DNA from: Escherichia coli | Lineage (GTDB): Bacteria; Pseudomonadota; Gammaproteobacteria; Enterobacterales; Enterobacteriaceae | DNA length: 64,000 nt | Direction: 5' to 3' (one strand) | NCBI RefSeq assembly: GCF_044324785.1 | Contig: NZ_CP172127.1 | Shown: piece after piece, positions 1-11,964 of the stretch | Position numbering within the stretch: the first letter of the stretch is position 1 | Layout of the letters: every line of letters starts with the position of its first letter | Made by a program: the position numbers and the translations under genes | The notes under the pieces: generated by a model | What the model saw: only the letters and a program-made list of their open reading frames with translations | Told to the model about the DNA's origin: nothing | Databases searched by the model: none

Positions 1-481
1 CCCGGTTGATCAGCACATGGTTGAAGCCCAGCAACTGGATATGGCCGAGGGCATCCAGATGCTCATGCAGCAGTGCGACCAGCGCCGCCACAAACTCGTC
101 ATGGCGGTTGCGCTGTTTGACCTCAACAATCAGCCCCATGCTGTTTTCCACCGCCCAGCGCAGCACGTCCGCCAGCAAGGGGATGCGCGTTCCGGCAAAC
201 GACGGATGGTATTTCACGCCAAAGTCGCACGCCAGCAGCTGCGGGTACGTCATCTGCTCCACAAATCCGTGTCCGGTGGATACCCGGTCGATACGGTGAT
301 CGTGCGTGACCACCAGTTGGTTATCCGCCGTCAGGTGGATATCGATTTCAATACAGTGGGTTCCCGCCAGGCGGGCGGCTTCAAAGGCCGGGAATGTGTT
401 CTCCGGCGCGCAGCTGGAATAACCTCGGTGGCTGTTGGCCAGCACGATCCCCTCTGCCGCCCGGTGAAAGTTAAACGCCAT
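1..481 (-). CDS. Glycerophosphodiester phosphodiesterase family protein (GDPD/UgpQ-like); start at 481, runs off the window start
   Basis: Minus-strand translation from the ATG at 481-479 reads MAFNFHRAAEGIVLANSHRGYSSCAPENTFPAFEAA...HCIEIDIHLTADNQLVVTHDH, typical of the GDPD family; preceded by an RBS-like stretch and an AT-rich promoter region 482-680. The listed + ORF 17..511 is its antisense shadow. Confidence 0.7.
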   Translation of the reverse strand, partial: MAFNFHRAAEGIVLANSHRGYSSCAPENTFPAFEAARLAGTHCIEIDIHLTADNQLVVTHDHRIDRVSTGHGFVEQMTYPQLLACDFGVKYHPSFAGTRIPLLADVLRWAVENSMGLIVEVKQRNRHDEFVAALVALLHEHLDALGHIQLLGFNHVLINR

Positions 482-696
482 CTTCTTTTCCTCTCGAATG
501 TAAGATGGTAATTAACTTTACTACTTAAATTTAAATGTGAAAGATGTTTTTGTTATTTTATGGTTAACCCATTGTTTTATATGCTTTTAATTTGATATTT
601 AGATCATTTTTTAGCTTTAAGGATCTGTGTCACATAAATTTAATGTTTAGTATGTAAATTTAATAATCATCTTTTTAACCGATGGAAGAGAGACTC

Positions 697-1764
697 ATGT
701 CAAAACTGGTTCTGGAACAGGTGACCAAAACCTTCGGCGAATTCTATGCCGCCAGAGAAATCTCGTTCTGCGCCGAAGAGGGGGAGTTCGTGACCCTGCT
801 TGGGCCGAGCGGCTGCGGTAAAACCACCCTGCTGAAAATGATCGGCGGTTTTCACCAGCCGGACAGCGGACGCATTCTTATTGGCGATAAAACGGTCAAC
901 GCCCTGCCGCCAGAAAAGCGCAATACCGCCATGTGTTTCCAGTCCTATGCGCTGTTTCCGCACCTCAACGTGGCACACAACATCTGCTTCGGCCTGAAGC
1001 AGAAAAAAGTCGCTATCAGTGAACAGCAGGACCGGCTGACGGAGGCGCTGAAGCAGGTGGGGCTGGAGAGCCAGCGCCTGAAAATGCCCGCCCAGCTCTC
1101 CGGCGGCCAGCAGCAGCGCGTGGCGCTGGCGCGGGCGATGATCACCCGCCCGGACGTGATCCTGTTCGACGAACCTCTCTCCAACCTTGATGCCAAGCTG
1201 CGCGAAAGCGTGCGTTTTGAAATCAAGGAACTCCAGCGGCAGTATCAGCTCACCTCGATCTACGTCACACACGACCAGGCGGAAGCGCTGGCGATGTCGG
1301 ATAAAATTGTGGTGCTGAACGCCGGTAATGTTGAGCAAATAGGCAAACCGGAAGAGATTTACTACCGTCCGGCCAACCGCTTTGTGGCCGACTTTATCGG
1401 CGCGGCCAATATCGACACCGCGCAGGTCACGCCCTCAGAGCAGCCGGGCTATTACCGGGTACGCTGTGCCCTCGGCGAGTTTTATGTGCATTCCGTACAG
1501 CCGCCACGCACAGAGCACTGCTATATCTGCTGGCGACCGGAAGATGCGCAGTATGTCAGCCAGCCTCAGGCAGGCAACAACCACTTCTCCCTGACGCTCG
1601 ACAAAATGGCCTTTATGGGCAACCTCACCGAAGCCTGGGGCCACAACGACAGCGGGTTATCGGTCCGCTTACAGCTAATTAAAAAGCCGCCCGTCGCCCC
1701 CGGCGAGAGTGCCTGCTTCCGTCTGGCGGAAAACGCCATCCATTTTCTGGAGCCGGTATCATGA
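697..1764 (+). CDS. ABC transporter ATP-binding protein (PotA/FbpC-like, with C-terminal TOBE-like domain)
   Basis: Walker [13 protein letters not shown] signature [14 protein letters not shown], Walker [12 protein letters not shown]; GGAAGAGAG RBS precedes the ATG at 697; stop overlaps the next gene (ATGA at 1761). Confidence 0.85.
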   Translation: MSKLVLEQVTKTFGEFYAAREISFCAEEGEFVTLLGPSGCGKTTLLKMIGGFHQPDSGRILIGDKTVNALPPEKRNTAMCFQSYALFPHLNVAHNICFGLKQKKVAISEQQDRLTEALKQVGLESQRLKMPAQLSGGQQQRVALARAMITRPDVILFDEPLSNLDAKLRESVRFEIKELQRQYQLTSIYVTHDQAEALAMSDKIVVLNAGNVEQIGKPEEIYYRPANRFVADFIGAANIDTAQVTPSEQPGYYRVRCALGEFYVHSVQPPRTEHCYICWRPEDAQYVSQPQAGNNHFSLTLDKMAFMGNLTEAWGHNDSGLSVRLQLIKKPPVAPGESACFRLAENAIHFLEPVS

Positions 1765-2627
1765 AAAACTGGCGCAATGATGCGGTCGCCTGGCTGCTGA
1801 TGCTCAGCGGGCTGGGCACGATCCTACTACTGATGGGATCGACGTTTTATGTGGTGATCGTCCAGAGCCTGGGCTGGTTCAACATCGAAGGCGACAGCAA
1901 TTTCTCGCTGGAATACTGGCGCAATATGTTGCAGGACGAAGTGTTGCAAAGCGCCCTGTTCTACTCAGTGAAAGTGTCACTGCTGGGGGCGTTCGGCTCG
2001 GTGATTTTCGCCTATCCGCTGGCGCTGTGGCTGCGTAAACCGATGGCCTATAAAGAGGGCATTATCGCGGTGCTGCGTGCGCCGATGTTTATCCCCGGTC
2101 TGGTGGCGGCGTTTCTGTTCGTCAATATCGTCGCTTATCACGGCATTATCAACGAACTGCTGCTGGCGCTGGGGATTATCAGCGAGCCGCTGCGGATGCA
2201 GAACGATGACTTCGGCTGGGGCGTGGTTATCCTGCAAATCTGGAAAAACCTGCCCTTCGCCCTGATCCTCGTCGGCGGCGCAGTCAACGCCATCCGTAAC
2301 GACGTGCTGGACGCCGCCAGCAATCTCGGTGCCAGCCGCTGGCGCAGTTTTACCGGCGTGGTGGTGCCGCTGACGCTGCCCGCCGTGCAGGTGACGCTGA
2401 TTCTGGTATTTATCGGCGCGCTGGGCGACTTCGCCTTCTTCTCGGTGGCCGGGCCACGCAACACCTACTCGCTGGCGCGGCTGATGCAGGCCACCGCCAT
2501 GGAGTACGGCGAGTGGAATAACGCGGCGGTGATTGCGGTGATCATTATGGTCACGGCGGCCATCTGCACGTTGCTGATTGCCACACTGATTACCCCGTTC
2601 GCCACCCGCAAAGGAGAGGTCAAATGA
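1761..2627 (+). CDS. ABC transporter permease (PotB-like)
   Basis: 288-aa hydrophobic protein with multiple TM segments; translationally coupled to the flanking genes (overlaps at 1761 and 2624). Confidence 0.85.
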   Translation: MKNWRNDAVAWLLMLSGLGTILLLMGSTFYVVIVQSLGWFNIEGDSNFSLEYWRNMLQDEVLQSALFYSVKVSLLGAFGSVIFAYPLALWLRKPMAYKEGIIAVLRAPMFIPGLVAAFLFVNIVAYHGIINELLLALGIISEPLRMQNDDFGWGVVILQIWKNLPFALILVGGAVNAIRNDVLDAASNLGASRWRSFTGVVVPLTLPAVQVTLILVFIGALGDFAFFSVAGPRNTYSLARLMQATAMEYGEWNNAAVIAVIIMVTAAICTLLIATLITPFATRKGEVK

Positions 2628-3460
2628 GCCACACTGCCAACGGTCGCCGGGTGGTGACGATTTCGCTGATCTTCTTCGTGGTCGCTAATCTGATCTGGCT
2701 GGGTATGCCGTTCGGCATGGCGATCCTCTGGTCGCTGGTTGACCCGGCCCATCCGTGGAGCTACCCGGATATCTTCCCGCCGGTGCTGTCGTTCAGCCGC
2801 TGGCTGCTGGTATGGGAAAAGACTTCGCTTTCCGAGGCGCTGTTCAACAGCTACACCATTGCGCCTGCGGTAGCGGTCGCCAGCCTGCTGCTGTCGCTAC
2901 CCACCGCGTATGCCTTCGGGCGCATGACCTTTCGCGGTAAGGCGGTGGCGGAGATGCTGACGCTGATCCCGCTGGTGATGCCGGGGATGCTGATCGGGAT
3001 TTTTTTCAGCGCCATGCTGATCAACCTCAATATCGACAACGCGTTTATCAGCATTGTTATCGGCCATACGGTACTGACGCTACCCTATTCGATCCGCATT
3101 ATGTCTGCGGGGTTTAAGTCTGTGCCGCAGGATCTGATCGACGCCAGCCGCGACCTGGGCTCCGGCGCGTGGGACACCTTCTGCAATGCCTATCTGCCGC
3201 TGTTAAAACCGAGCTTCCTGGCGGCGCTGATTTTTTGTCTGGTGCGAAGCCTGGAAGAGTTCGGCATCTCATACGTGCTGGGCGCGCCGGACTTTATCAC
3301 CGTTCCGACCATTCTTTACTCTTTCCTTGGCTACTCCTTCGTCCGCCCGGATGCGGCGGTGGTGTCGATGATTCTGGTGATCCCCAATGTCATCCTGATG
3401 GTCATCATTGAGAAGTTGCTGAAGGGGAACTATCTGTCGCAATCCACGGGAAAAGCCTGA
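2624..3460 (+). CDS. ABC transporter permease (PotC-like)
   Basis: 278-aa polytopic membrane protein; operon context. Confidence 0.85.
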   Translation: MSHTANGRRVVTISLIFFVVANLIWLGMPFGMAILWSLVDPAHPWSYPDIFPPVLSFSRWLLVWEKTSLSEALFNSYTIAPAVAVASLLLSLPTAYAFGRMTFRGKAVAEMLTLIPLVMPGMLIGIFFSAMLINLNIDNAFISIVIGHTVLTLPYSIRIMSAGFKSVPQDLIDASRDLGSGAWDTFCNAYLPLLKPSFLAALIFCLVRSLEEFGISYVLGAPDFITVPTILYSFLGYSFVRPDAAVVSMILVIPNVILMVIIEKLLKGNYLSQSTGKA

Positions 3461-3478
3461 CCTTTTACAGGAGATAAT

Positions 3479-4558
3479 GTGATGAAAAAAACAGTGATGA
3501 TTCTGGCGGGCGGCCTGCTGTGCAGCTCGCTGGCAACGGCGGCGGATAGCCCCGACCTGATTGCCCAAGCGAAAAAAGAGGGCAGCGTGACCTTTAACGT
3601 CTGGTACTTACAGCCGCAGTGGCGCAGCTTTGTGAAGGATTTTGAGCAGCAGTACGGCGTTAAGGTGCGCATCCCGGAAGGGAATATCGACGGAAACGTG
3701 AACAAGTTGCTGGCAGAAGCGGGGAAAAAAAGGGGTAAAATAGATGTTATCGCCTTGTCTGTTGCGCAACTGCCAGTGGCAATGGGAGCGAAAGCGCTGG
3801 CGAAGGTGGACGATTTGCCGGGCTATGGCGACGCCATTCACCAGATTCAGAACGTTGACACCCAGGGTTATGCCGTGGCGTTCTGGGGCAACCAGACCGG
3901 ATTTGCTTACGACCCGCAGCAGATGGGTGACCGGGCGCTGCCACAAACGCTGGAGCAGTTGCAGAGCTTTATCGACGCCAACCCGAAAAAGTTCGGCTAT
4001 AACGACCCGAACAACGGCGGCGCGGGGGAAGCCTTTATCCAGCGCATCGTCACTACTCAGGGCGACACGTTTAACAGCGAAGCGGAGAGCGTTGACCCGG
4101 CAGTGGTGAAAAACTGGCAGAAAGGCTGGCAGTGGTTTGCTGCTAATAAGGACAAAATTACCCGCACGGCCTCCGGTGCTGATAGTCTGACACGCCTGAA
4201 TGACGGCGAGCTGATGCTGACACCATCCTGGGAAGACCATCTTGTCGGACTACAAAAAACCGGGGCTATCAATTCGCGGCTGAAATTTTACGTACCGGAG
4301 TTTGGCATGCCTGGCGGCGGTAACATCGCTGCCATTGCCGCCAACAGCCCACATCCGGCGGCATCACGCTTATTCCTCAACTGGCTGATTCAGCCTGAAA
4401 CGCAACATGCACTGAGTAAAGTCTTCGGCTCCACGCCGATGAACAAACAGCTCCGTCCGGATCTGAATGAGATCCCGGAGCCCACGGTGGAGTTTTATGG
4501 CAAAGCGTACAGTACACAGCTCAAAAAAGATTTCGTTCGTGAGGTCATGATGCAGTAA
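3479..4558 (+). CDS. Periplasmic substrate-binding protein of the ABC transporter (PotD/family 1 SBP-like)
   Basis: Signal peptide MMKKTVMILAGGLLCSSLATAADS; 359 aa; operon context. Confidence 0.8.
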   Translation: MMKKTVMILAGGLLCSSLATAADSPDLIAQAKKEGSVTFNVWYLQPQWRSFVKDFEQQYGVKVRIPEGNIDGNVNKLLAEAGKKRGKIDVIALSVAQLPVAMGAKALAKVDDLPGYGDAIHQIQNVDTQGYAVAFWGNQTGFAYDPQQMGDRALPQTLEQLQSFIDANPKKFGYNDPNNGGAGEAFIQRIVTTQGDTFNSEAESVDPAVVKNWQKGWQWFAANKDKITRTASGADSLTRLNDGELMLTPSWEDHLVGLQKTGAINSRLKFYVPEFGMPGGGNIAAIAANSPHPAASRLFLNWLIQPETQHALSKVFGSTPMNKQLRPDLNEIPEPTVEFYGKAYSTQLKKDFVREVMMQ

Positions 4559-4653
4559 GCTTCATTTCGCGCACAGCCATCCCCCTGAAATCTGGCTGAC
4601 TGTTATTTCGCAACAGTTATTGAGTAAATCTTTAACCTGTTAACAGAGGGTTT

Positions 4654-5178
4654 ATGAAACGTAAACTTATTGCCTTTGTGATTCTGGCTACATCATCCTG
4701 TGGATATGCAGCCACCAAAGATGTAACAATGAATCTTGTTGATAGTGACGGAAAAGAGCGAAATATTGGTAAAATAACCATCCAGAAGACACCCTACGGG
4801 CTGCTGTTCACCCCTGATCTTCACTCCTTACCCGCCGGCATTCATGGTTTTCATGTACATGAAAACGCAAGTTGTGCTCCTGCCCTGAAAGATGGAAAAA
4901 CTGTCGCTGCTTTATCTGCAGGTGGTCACTTTGACCCGGAAAAAACAGGGAAGCATCTCGGTCCATGGTCTCCTGATGGCCACCTGGGTGATCTCCCTGC
5001 GCTTTATGTCACTCATGACGGAAAAGCAACCTACCCGGTGCTTGCGCCAAGACTATCTGAATTAAAGGAGCTCGATGGCCGTTCGCTAATGCTCCACGCA
5101 GGAGGTGATAATCATGATGACCATCCTGAACCTCTAGGTGGCGGTGGTGCAAGAATTGCCTGTGGTATCATCCCATAA
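4654..5178 (+). CDS. sodC: Periplasmic Cu/Zn superoxide dismutase, accessory SodC paralogue
   Basis: Signal peptide plus Cu/Zn-SOD motifs [49 protein letters not shown]; clearly diverged from the chromosomal K-12 SodC as recalled. Confidence 0.85.
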   Translation: MKRKLIAFVILATSSCGYAATKDVTMNLVDSDGKERNIGKITIQKTPYGLLFTPDLHSLPAGIHGFHVHENASCAPALKDGKTVAALSAGGHFDPEKTGKHLGPWSPDGHLGDLPALYVTHDGKATYPVLAPRLSELKELDGRSLMLHAGGDNHDDHPEPLGGGGARIACGIIP

Positions 5179-5185
5179 TCAATCA

Positions 5186-5208
5186 GGTAAGGGATATCCT
5201 CCCTTACC
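5186..5208 (+). terminator. Hairpin downstream of sodC (possible intrinsic terminator)
   Basis: GGTAAGGGA-tatcc-TCCCTTACC perfect 9-bp stem just after the sodC stop; weak U-tract. Confidence 0.35.
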
Positions 5209-5306
5209 CTTAATCTTCCCTGGCTGCATGTGCATATCTTTCAGTTACTGTGAGATACCTGTATTACGGTGTCTTTTTAGCTCACAGAAATATCAGACAG
5301 CCCGTT

Positions 5307-5531
5307 TCAGTGTTTTATTACCTTAATCTTTTTACGGCATTCTTCAGCTCTTGCGCATGCTATTTTTTCACCTGTTTCATAACATTGCTGGCAGCCTAAT
5401 CCAAATTTCATCGCCATATCATAACCTTCCCGAAAACCTCGGAACCACGCGTTACGAAGGTATTCATCATATTCCCCGCAGTCAATAATAACCATTTTAT
5501 TTTCATGGGATTTTCCGGTATTCTCACTCAT
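5307..5531 (-). CDS. Hypothetical small cysteine-rich protein (about 74 aa from MSENTGKSHENK)
   Basis: ORF only; internal Met chosen as start; no recognisable family. Confidence 0.25.
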   Translation of the reverse strand: MSENTGKSHENKMVIIDCGEYDEYLRNAWFRGFREGYDMAMKFGLGCQQCYETGEKIACARAEECRKKIKVIKH

Positions 5532-6360
5532 TTTCGATACCTCAATGCTTACAACAGAAAAGTATACTTTTACGAAGTTCGCCTTTGCAGGACTATATAA
5601 AGTTATCACTGGATGCAAGAGCCGGAAATCCTGTATATCAGGATCAACTTTGTAATTCAATAACATATTATCCAGTGAAAAAGTAAGTATATTTAAGCTG
5701 GGGAAGGAGAAGGGGGACTTGATTTGATATTTTCATCAATAATATTATTTTTCCTCCTCCATTATTCATTCAGACCTGGTTCCGGGCGTAATTCCGATTT
5801 CTCTGTTGAAGCGATGCATTTATATTTAAATATTCACCTGTCATTGAATTTTATTTGAAATAGGAGAAAATCTCCTCCTGTACTACAGATAACCCGGAAT
5901 GTTCCTCGAAAGAAAATTCTGGCGCAGAATTCACGCCCGGTTCTGTTCAACATCATGCAGGATAACGATACCGAAACGTTAAACTCTGGCAATTCTCGTG
6001 TTATACACAGGCAGGAGTGATTACTACGGTAAGAATTGCTGAAAAGGGGAGAACACTGAAGGCCTTATTCGCGAAGAATAAAGGAGACATTTCATGTAAA
6101 TTATTATCAGAGATAACCTTCTCCAGGCGCTTTTGTTCGCTTCCTGAATTGCTACCTGATACATATTTACGGGATGCCAGCCTGGTGACTATAACTCCGA
6201 AAAGACCGATTATTGTATTGCGTGCATCCGGCATGTTTACAATGTACGCTGGTATCTAACGGAGTCTGACACAGATGCACGCAGGTGTATATTTTAACGT
6301 AATTATCCGGAAAGAACAGTATATTTTAATGCGGGAGTTGCATGAGCGGTGGATTTGCCC

Positions 6361-7266
6361 CTATATTTCCAGACACCTGTTATCACTTAACCCATTACTG
6401 GCCTGCTGCCGCAGATATTCCCGTGGCGAGCGATAACCCAGTGCACTATGCGGATGCCATTCGTTATAATGCTCGAACGCCTCTGCAAGGTTCTTTGCTG
6501 CCGTTAACCCGTCTGGTTTAGGCATGATACTGATGTAGTCACGCTTTATCGTTTTCACGAAGCTCTCTGCTATGCCGTTACTCTCCGGACTCCGCACCGC
6601 CGTGTTCTTCGGTTCAAGCCCCAACATCCGGGCAAACTGCCGTGTTTCATTAGCCCGGTAGCATGAACCATTATCCGTCAGCCACTCTACTGGAGACGCC
6701 GGAAGCTCGTTGCCGAAGCGGCGTTCCACCGCTCCCAGCATTACGTCCTGTACTGTTTCACTGTCGAAGCCGCCCGTAGTGACTGCCCAGTGCAGTGCCT
6801 CACGGTCACAGCAGTCCAGCGCGAACGTGACTCGCAGTTTTTCTCCGTTATCACAGCGGAACTCGAACCCGTCAGAGCACCATCGTTGATTGCTTTCTTT
6901 CACGGCCACTTTGCCAGTATGTGCCCGTTTCGATGGCGGTACAGCGGTTTTTCGCTCAAGCAACAGCGCATTCTGGCGCATGATCCGGTAAACACGTTTG
7001 GCATTGATCGCAGGCATACCATCAAGTTCGGCCTGTCTGCGAAGCAGCGCCCATACCCGACGATAACCATACGTGGGCAGCTCTCCGATAACATGGTGTA
7101 TACGGAGAAGCACATCCGTATCATCTGAGTGACGGCTGCGGCGACCATCTTTCCAGTCATCGGTTCGTCTGAGAATTACGTGCAACTGCGCACGCGACAC
7201 CCGGAGACAACGGCTGACTAAGCTTACTCCCCATCCCCGGGCAATAAGGGCGCGTGCGCTATCCAC
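6361..7266 (-). CDS. insD: IS2 transposase OrfB (InsD), DDE domain
   Basis: 301-aa ORF matching IS2 InsD; overlaps insC in the -1 frame, typical of IS3-family elements. Confidence 0.9.
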
Positions 7267-7589
7267 TTTTTTGCACGCCCGTATTCAACGGCTTCTTTAA
7301 GGAGTTCATTTTCCATCGTTTTTTTGCCGAGCAGGCGCTGGAGTTCTTTAATCTGCTTCATGGCAGCAGCAAGTTCAGAGGCAGGAACGACCTGCTCTCC
7401 TGCGGCCACAGCAGTAAGACTTCCCTCCTGGTATTGCTTGCGCCAGAGAAATAACTGGCTGGCTGCCACACCGTGTTGCCGGGCAACAAGGGAGACCGTC
7501 ATTCCCGGTTCAAAACTCTGCTGAACAATAGCGATCTTTTCCTGTGTAGTACGCCGTCTGCGTTTCTCCGGTCCTAAGACATCAATCAT
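7224..7589 (-). CDS. insC: IS2 transposase OrfA (InsC)
   Basis: [56 protein letters not shown]... matches IS2 InsC. Confidence 0.9.
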
Positions 7590-7681
7590 CTGCTCTCCAA
7601 TGACTAGTCTAAAAACTAGTATTAAGACTATCACTTATTTAAGTGATATTGGTTGTCTGGAGATTCAGGGGGCCAGTCTAA

Positions 7682-8499
<818 letters not shown>

Positions 8500-8745
8500 T
8501 AATTACACTGTGGGTTGACGCCGGAAGAATCAGAGAACAGATACCGTTCTTACTGTAAAACGTGGCTAATATTAATTGAGCACTGCAGTGTTCAGAGCAC
8601 AAAGAAGAAAAAAGATGTGTGCGAATGCCTGTAATGTGTTAAAAGAATGTTCCGCGTTTCCGGTACGCTTTTCGTAACTAACAATGCAGGGTGACGTAAC
8701 GCTGGTTGTGCCGGAAACGCGTCCCTCCCCCTATCTTTCCTGTTT

Positions 8746-8765
8746 GGATTTGCCCCTATATTTCT
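8746..8765 (+). repeat. Solo IS2 terminal-repeat fragment
   Basis: TGGATTTGCCCCTATATTTC is identical to the first 20 nt of the IS2 end at 6350; the sequence diverges afterwards. Confidence 0.5.
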
Positions 8766-9108
8766 GGATTATCCGACAAAACCGGCGTGAAGTATTACTC
8801 TCGTCGCCCAGCACCATAAGGATAACGCCCATAAAATCATGAAACTTTTCTTCCAGATTGGATACAATCAGGCCGAAACGGTGATGAATATTATCCAAAT
8901 CTGATGGTTCGTAGCGTTTTCAGCCCCCAGATTCTGAGTTGCCTGTAGGGATGATTTCAATTCCCGATTTGTCTATCGCATAGAGAAAAAGAATTTCATT
9001 TCTGTTCACCAGAACCCATGTAACCCACTCCAATTCGTTATTTATCTCACTGATTGCCCTTCATTTATCTCATTGATGCACCGAAAGGTAAAACTGCCAT
9101 CCGGTGCA

Positions 9109-10038
9109 TCACGCTCGATGCATCAAATCCTGATAAATCCCCGTCAGTATTCCTTGTAAGCTAAATTCTCTTTTTATCCACTGAGTGACTTGACCGCTTG
9201 CCGAATGCCTGGTTGCCAACAGCATTCGTGAATCCTGACGTGGGTTGCGGATCTGCCGTGTCACCAGCAATGACTTTTCCATCGCTTCACGCACCATATA
9301 GTCTGGCAGAAAACCGATTCCCTCCCCCAGGATCTGGCACTGAAGCTTAGTATTAAAGTCGGGAACCAGAATCGACTCTTGCCCGTGTAACAGCCAGCCG
9401 ACTTTTTTGTTTATAGTGTTTGCAGTGTCTTCCACCATGATGTTCGGGTACAGACGTAACTGACTCTCAGAAATGGGCTCAGGAATAAACGCCAGCGGAT
9501 GAGCCGGAGAAATCGCGAACAACCAACGAATCATGCCGATTTCAATGTAATCAATTCCACCACCGTCCAGTAACGTATCGGGCGCGCCAATGGCGATATC
9601 AGCCTGGTTATTAATGAGTGAATCCCAGACGCCATTATACACCTCTGTAGTAATAGCTATCTGGCAGGTTGGAAAGTGTTCCCTGAGCACTTGCAGAAGC
9701 CGAGCTGTATGCTGAGGGGTATACAACAGTTGATTAATACAAATGCGCACCCGGGATTTAATTCCCTGAGCGATGGCATCAACTCTACGTATGATGGAGT
9801 GGTAATCGTTGAGCAGGTCAGTTGCTTTGCAAAAAAGGTAGTGCCCGGGCTCGGTCAGCTCAATGCTACGGGTAGTTCGGGTAAAAAGCACCACGTCAAG
9901 CCCCATTTCCATACGCTTGATAGTGTAACTAATTGCCGATGTGGTTAAGCCCAGTTCCTTCGCCGCCTTGCTGAAACTTCTATAGCGGGCAGCCATAGTA
10001 AATGCCAGTAAGTTTTCTTCCGTAAATATTGAATTCAT
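9109..10038 (-). CDS. LysR-family transcriptional regulator (YahB-like), divergent from the downstream cluster
   Basis: N-terminal HTH MNSIFTEENLLAFTMAARYRSFSKAAKELGLTTSAISYTIKRME; start set at the Met that gives a LysR-type N-terminus (ORF track extends to 10167). Confidence 0.8.
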   Translation of the reverse strand: MNSIFTEENLLAFTMAARYRSFSKAAKELGLTTSAISYTIKRMEMGLDVVLFTRTTRSIELTEPGHYLFCKATDLLNDYHSIIRRVDAIAQGIKSRVRICINQLLYTPQHTARLLQVLREHFPTCQIAITTEVYNGVWDSLINNQADIAIGAPDTLLDGGGIDYIEIGMIRWLFAISPAHPLAFIPEPISESQLRLYPNIMVEDTANTINKKVGWLLHGQESILVPDFNTKLQCQILGEGIGFLPDYMVREAMEKSLLVTRQIRNPRQDSRMLLATRHSASGQVTQWIKREFSLQGILTGIYQDLMHRA

Positions 10039-10424
10039 CTTTCTTTCCTCTGGCGACAATACACATACACAACATGATGATTGTTGAATGTATTTGTAAT
10101 TCTTATAACCGGCAATCAGTTTTGAAAAAATTAACACCGTATTTACATTTAATTTGAAGGAAATCACACATCTGAATTTTAATTACAGGCAGCTATCCGT
10201 GCTGCAGACCACCTTTATTTATATGACTGCGGATTAATGGCTAAAATATCCCAGCTATAATAGAAATATTGCACTATATCACACTCTCTTATTATTGTTA
10301 ATTTTGTTTCAATAATTCATGGTCTAATGATGAGTAAATTTTAAATGGATGGTGCTCTATGCATTCTGTTGCTATTCTTGGCTTGTTATATTTGTAAAAT
10401 CTTAAAAAGAGCAGGAGATCGATT

Positions 10425-11030
10425 ATGTCCAATAAAGAACTCATTACAGAATTTCTGCTGGCGGCAGAACAAGGTAATGCCGATGGATTAAAATCATGCC
10501 TTGATAAAAAGGTTGATATTAATGCGACTAACCGCGAGGGGCGTACTGCAATTATTATTGCCAGTCTGAATAAACATTATGACTGCGTTTCTTTATTGAT
10601 TTCCGCAGGTGCTGATATTAATAAACAAGATCAAACTTGTTTTAATCCCTTCCTGATTGGCTGCCTGAATAATGATTTAACACTGTTGCGTACGGTATTA
10701 CCGGCTAACCCCGACCTTAATTGCCTAACCCGTTTTGGCGGTGTTGGTATTACACCTGCCTGCGAAAAAGGCCATGTCGAGATTGTACGTGAATTGCTGA
10801 TGCGTACTGATATCAATGTCAACCATACTAATTTTGTTGGCTGGACGCCGCTCCTAGAGGCCATCGTGCTGAATGACGGCGGTGAAAAGCAGCAGGAGAT
10901 CGTCAAACTGTTGCTTGAGCATGGCGCAAACCCGCACATGACGGATAAATACGGTAAAACCCCGCTGGAGCTGGCGCGAGAAAAAGGCTACCACAAAATT
11001 GCCGAGTTGCTGATTTCGGCTGGAGCCTGA
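10425..11030 (+). CDS. Ankyrin-repeat protein (YahD-like)
   Basis: Repeated ANK-type motifs (GRTAIIIASLNKHYDCVSLLISAGADIN; GWTPLLEAIVLN...LLLEHGANPH; GKTPLELAREKGYHKIAELLISAGA). Confidence 0.8.
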   Translation: MSNKELITEFLLAAEQGNADGLKSCLDKKVDINATNREGRTAIIIASLNKHYDCVSLLISAGADINKQDQTCFNPFLIGCLNNDLTLLRTVLPANPDLNCLTRFGGVGITPACEKGHVEIVRELLMRTDINVNHTNFVGWTPLLEAIVLNDGGEKQQEIVKLLLEHGANPHMTDKYGKTPLELAREKGYHKIAELLISAGA

Positions 11031-11115
11031 CAACAGGAGCACGATTATCGCTATATTATCACGGCAATCTTTTCGGGCACTAACCGCAGACTGCGCGTTT
11101 CTCACTTTTCGGGGA

Positions 11116-11964
11116 ATGGGCCAGGTTGAACAGGTTTTTTCCCATGCGGTAAATCTGTTAATACCTGAACAGCAGCGACTGCTGACGTTACTGAGTGAGG
11201 ATTGTGATAACGCACCTAACAGTTGTCGTTTAGCACTGACACATTATGAAGACCTTTTTCACCCCGGTGAACAGGTCAATTTTAGCGGGTCTGGAATAAC
11301 TGTTGGAAATGATAAATGGATAGAAATAACCGGTTGTCAGATGTGGCGAATACCACGGTGGACATCTGATTCAGCAAGCCTTGCCAAAGTCGGCTGGCAG
11401 CATTGGGAAGAGTTTATCCGCCAACAACTAAGAAGCAACGACACATTATTTCTGTACCAGGGTGACAATCCATTTTATCAGGAAATTTCTCGCCAATTAC
11501 TCAACCGCCGAAAAAATTTGCTGAAGGCGTTGTGTACAGGAGAAAACATCACTGCGGCAGTCAACCAGTTAATTGGTCTTGGAATAGGGCTGACGCCATC
11601 ATCGGATGATTATTTAGTAGGTTTAAGCACTATTTTATTTATTCAAGGACATCCACTAAGGAAGTATAGATACGATTTCTTAGCAGCATTACAACTTGCA
11701 GGAAATAACATAACGCTTCTCAGCAAAATAACGTTAGAGGAAGCATTTAATCAGCGTTATCGGGAAAGAGTCGGACGGCTACTGAACCAATTTATTACTG
11801 AGCCACAACCCATTTCTACGCAATATGTTACTGACATAAAAAATATAGGCTCAAGTTCTGGATGCGACATGCTGTATGGCATGGCGGATGCCTGCGCCCT
11901 GAGCCACAGGTCCGGAGGTAATTATGTCAATCAGGATAGTTGTAAAAAAAAACACGTATTTTGA
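11116..11964 (+). CDS. Conserved hypothetical protein (YahE-like, DUF2877-type)
   Basis: 282-aa ORF; position between the ankyrin and FdrA-like genes mirrors the K-12 yahD-yahE-yahF order as recalled. Confidence 0.55.
   Translation: MGQVEQVFSHAVNLLIPEQQRLLTLLSEDCDNAPNSCRLALTHYEDLFHPGEQVNFSGSGITVGNDKWIEITGCQMWRIPRWTSDSASLAKVGWQHWEEFIRQQLRSNDTLFLYQGDNPFYQEISRQLLNRRKNLLKALCTGENITAAVNQLIGLGIGLTPSSDDYLVGLSTILFIQGHPLRKYRYDFLAALQLAGNNITLLSKITLEEAFNQRYRERVGRLLNQFITEPQPISTQYVTDIKNIGSSSGCDMLYGMADACALSHRSGGNYVNQDSCKKKHVF

Larger units (their letters stand above)
6350..7680 (-). mobile_element. IS2 insertion sequence (IS3 family), complete, 1331 bp
   Basis: Ends match IS2 termini as recalled (TGGATTTGCCCCTATATTTCCAGACA... 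and ...GGAGATTCAGGGGGCCAGTCTA); flanked by identical 5-bp direct repeats AGCGG (6345-6349 and 7681-7685). Confidence 0.95.

Noticed and set aside
17-511. 164-aa + strand ORF at the window start
   Set aside because: Antisense to the better-supported GDPD gene (1..481, minus); no motif of its own.
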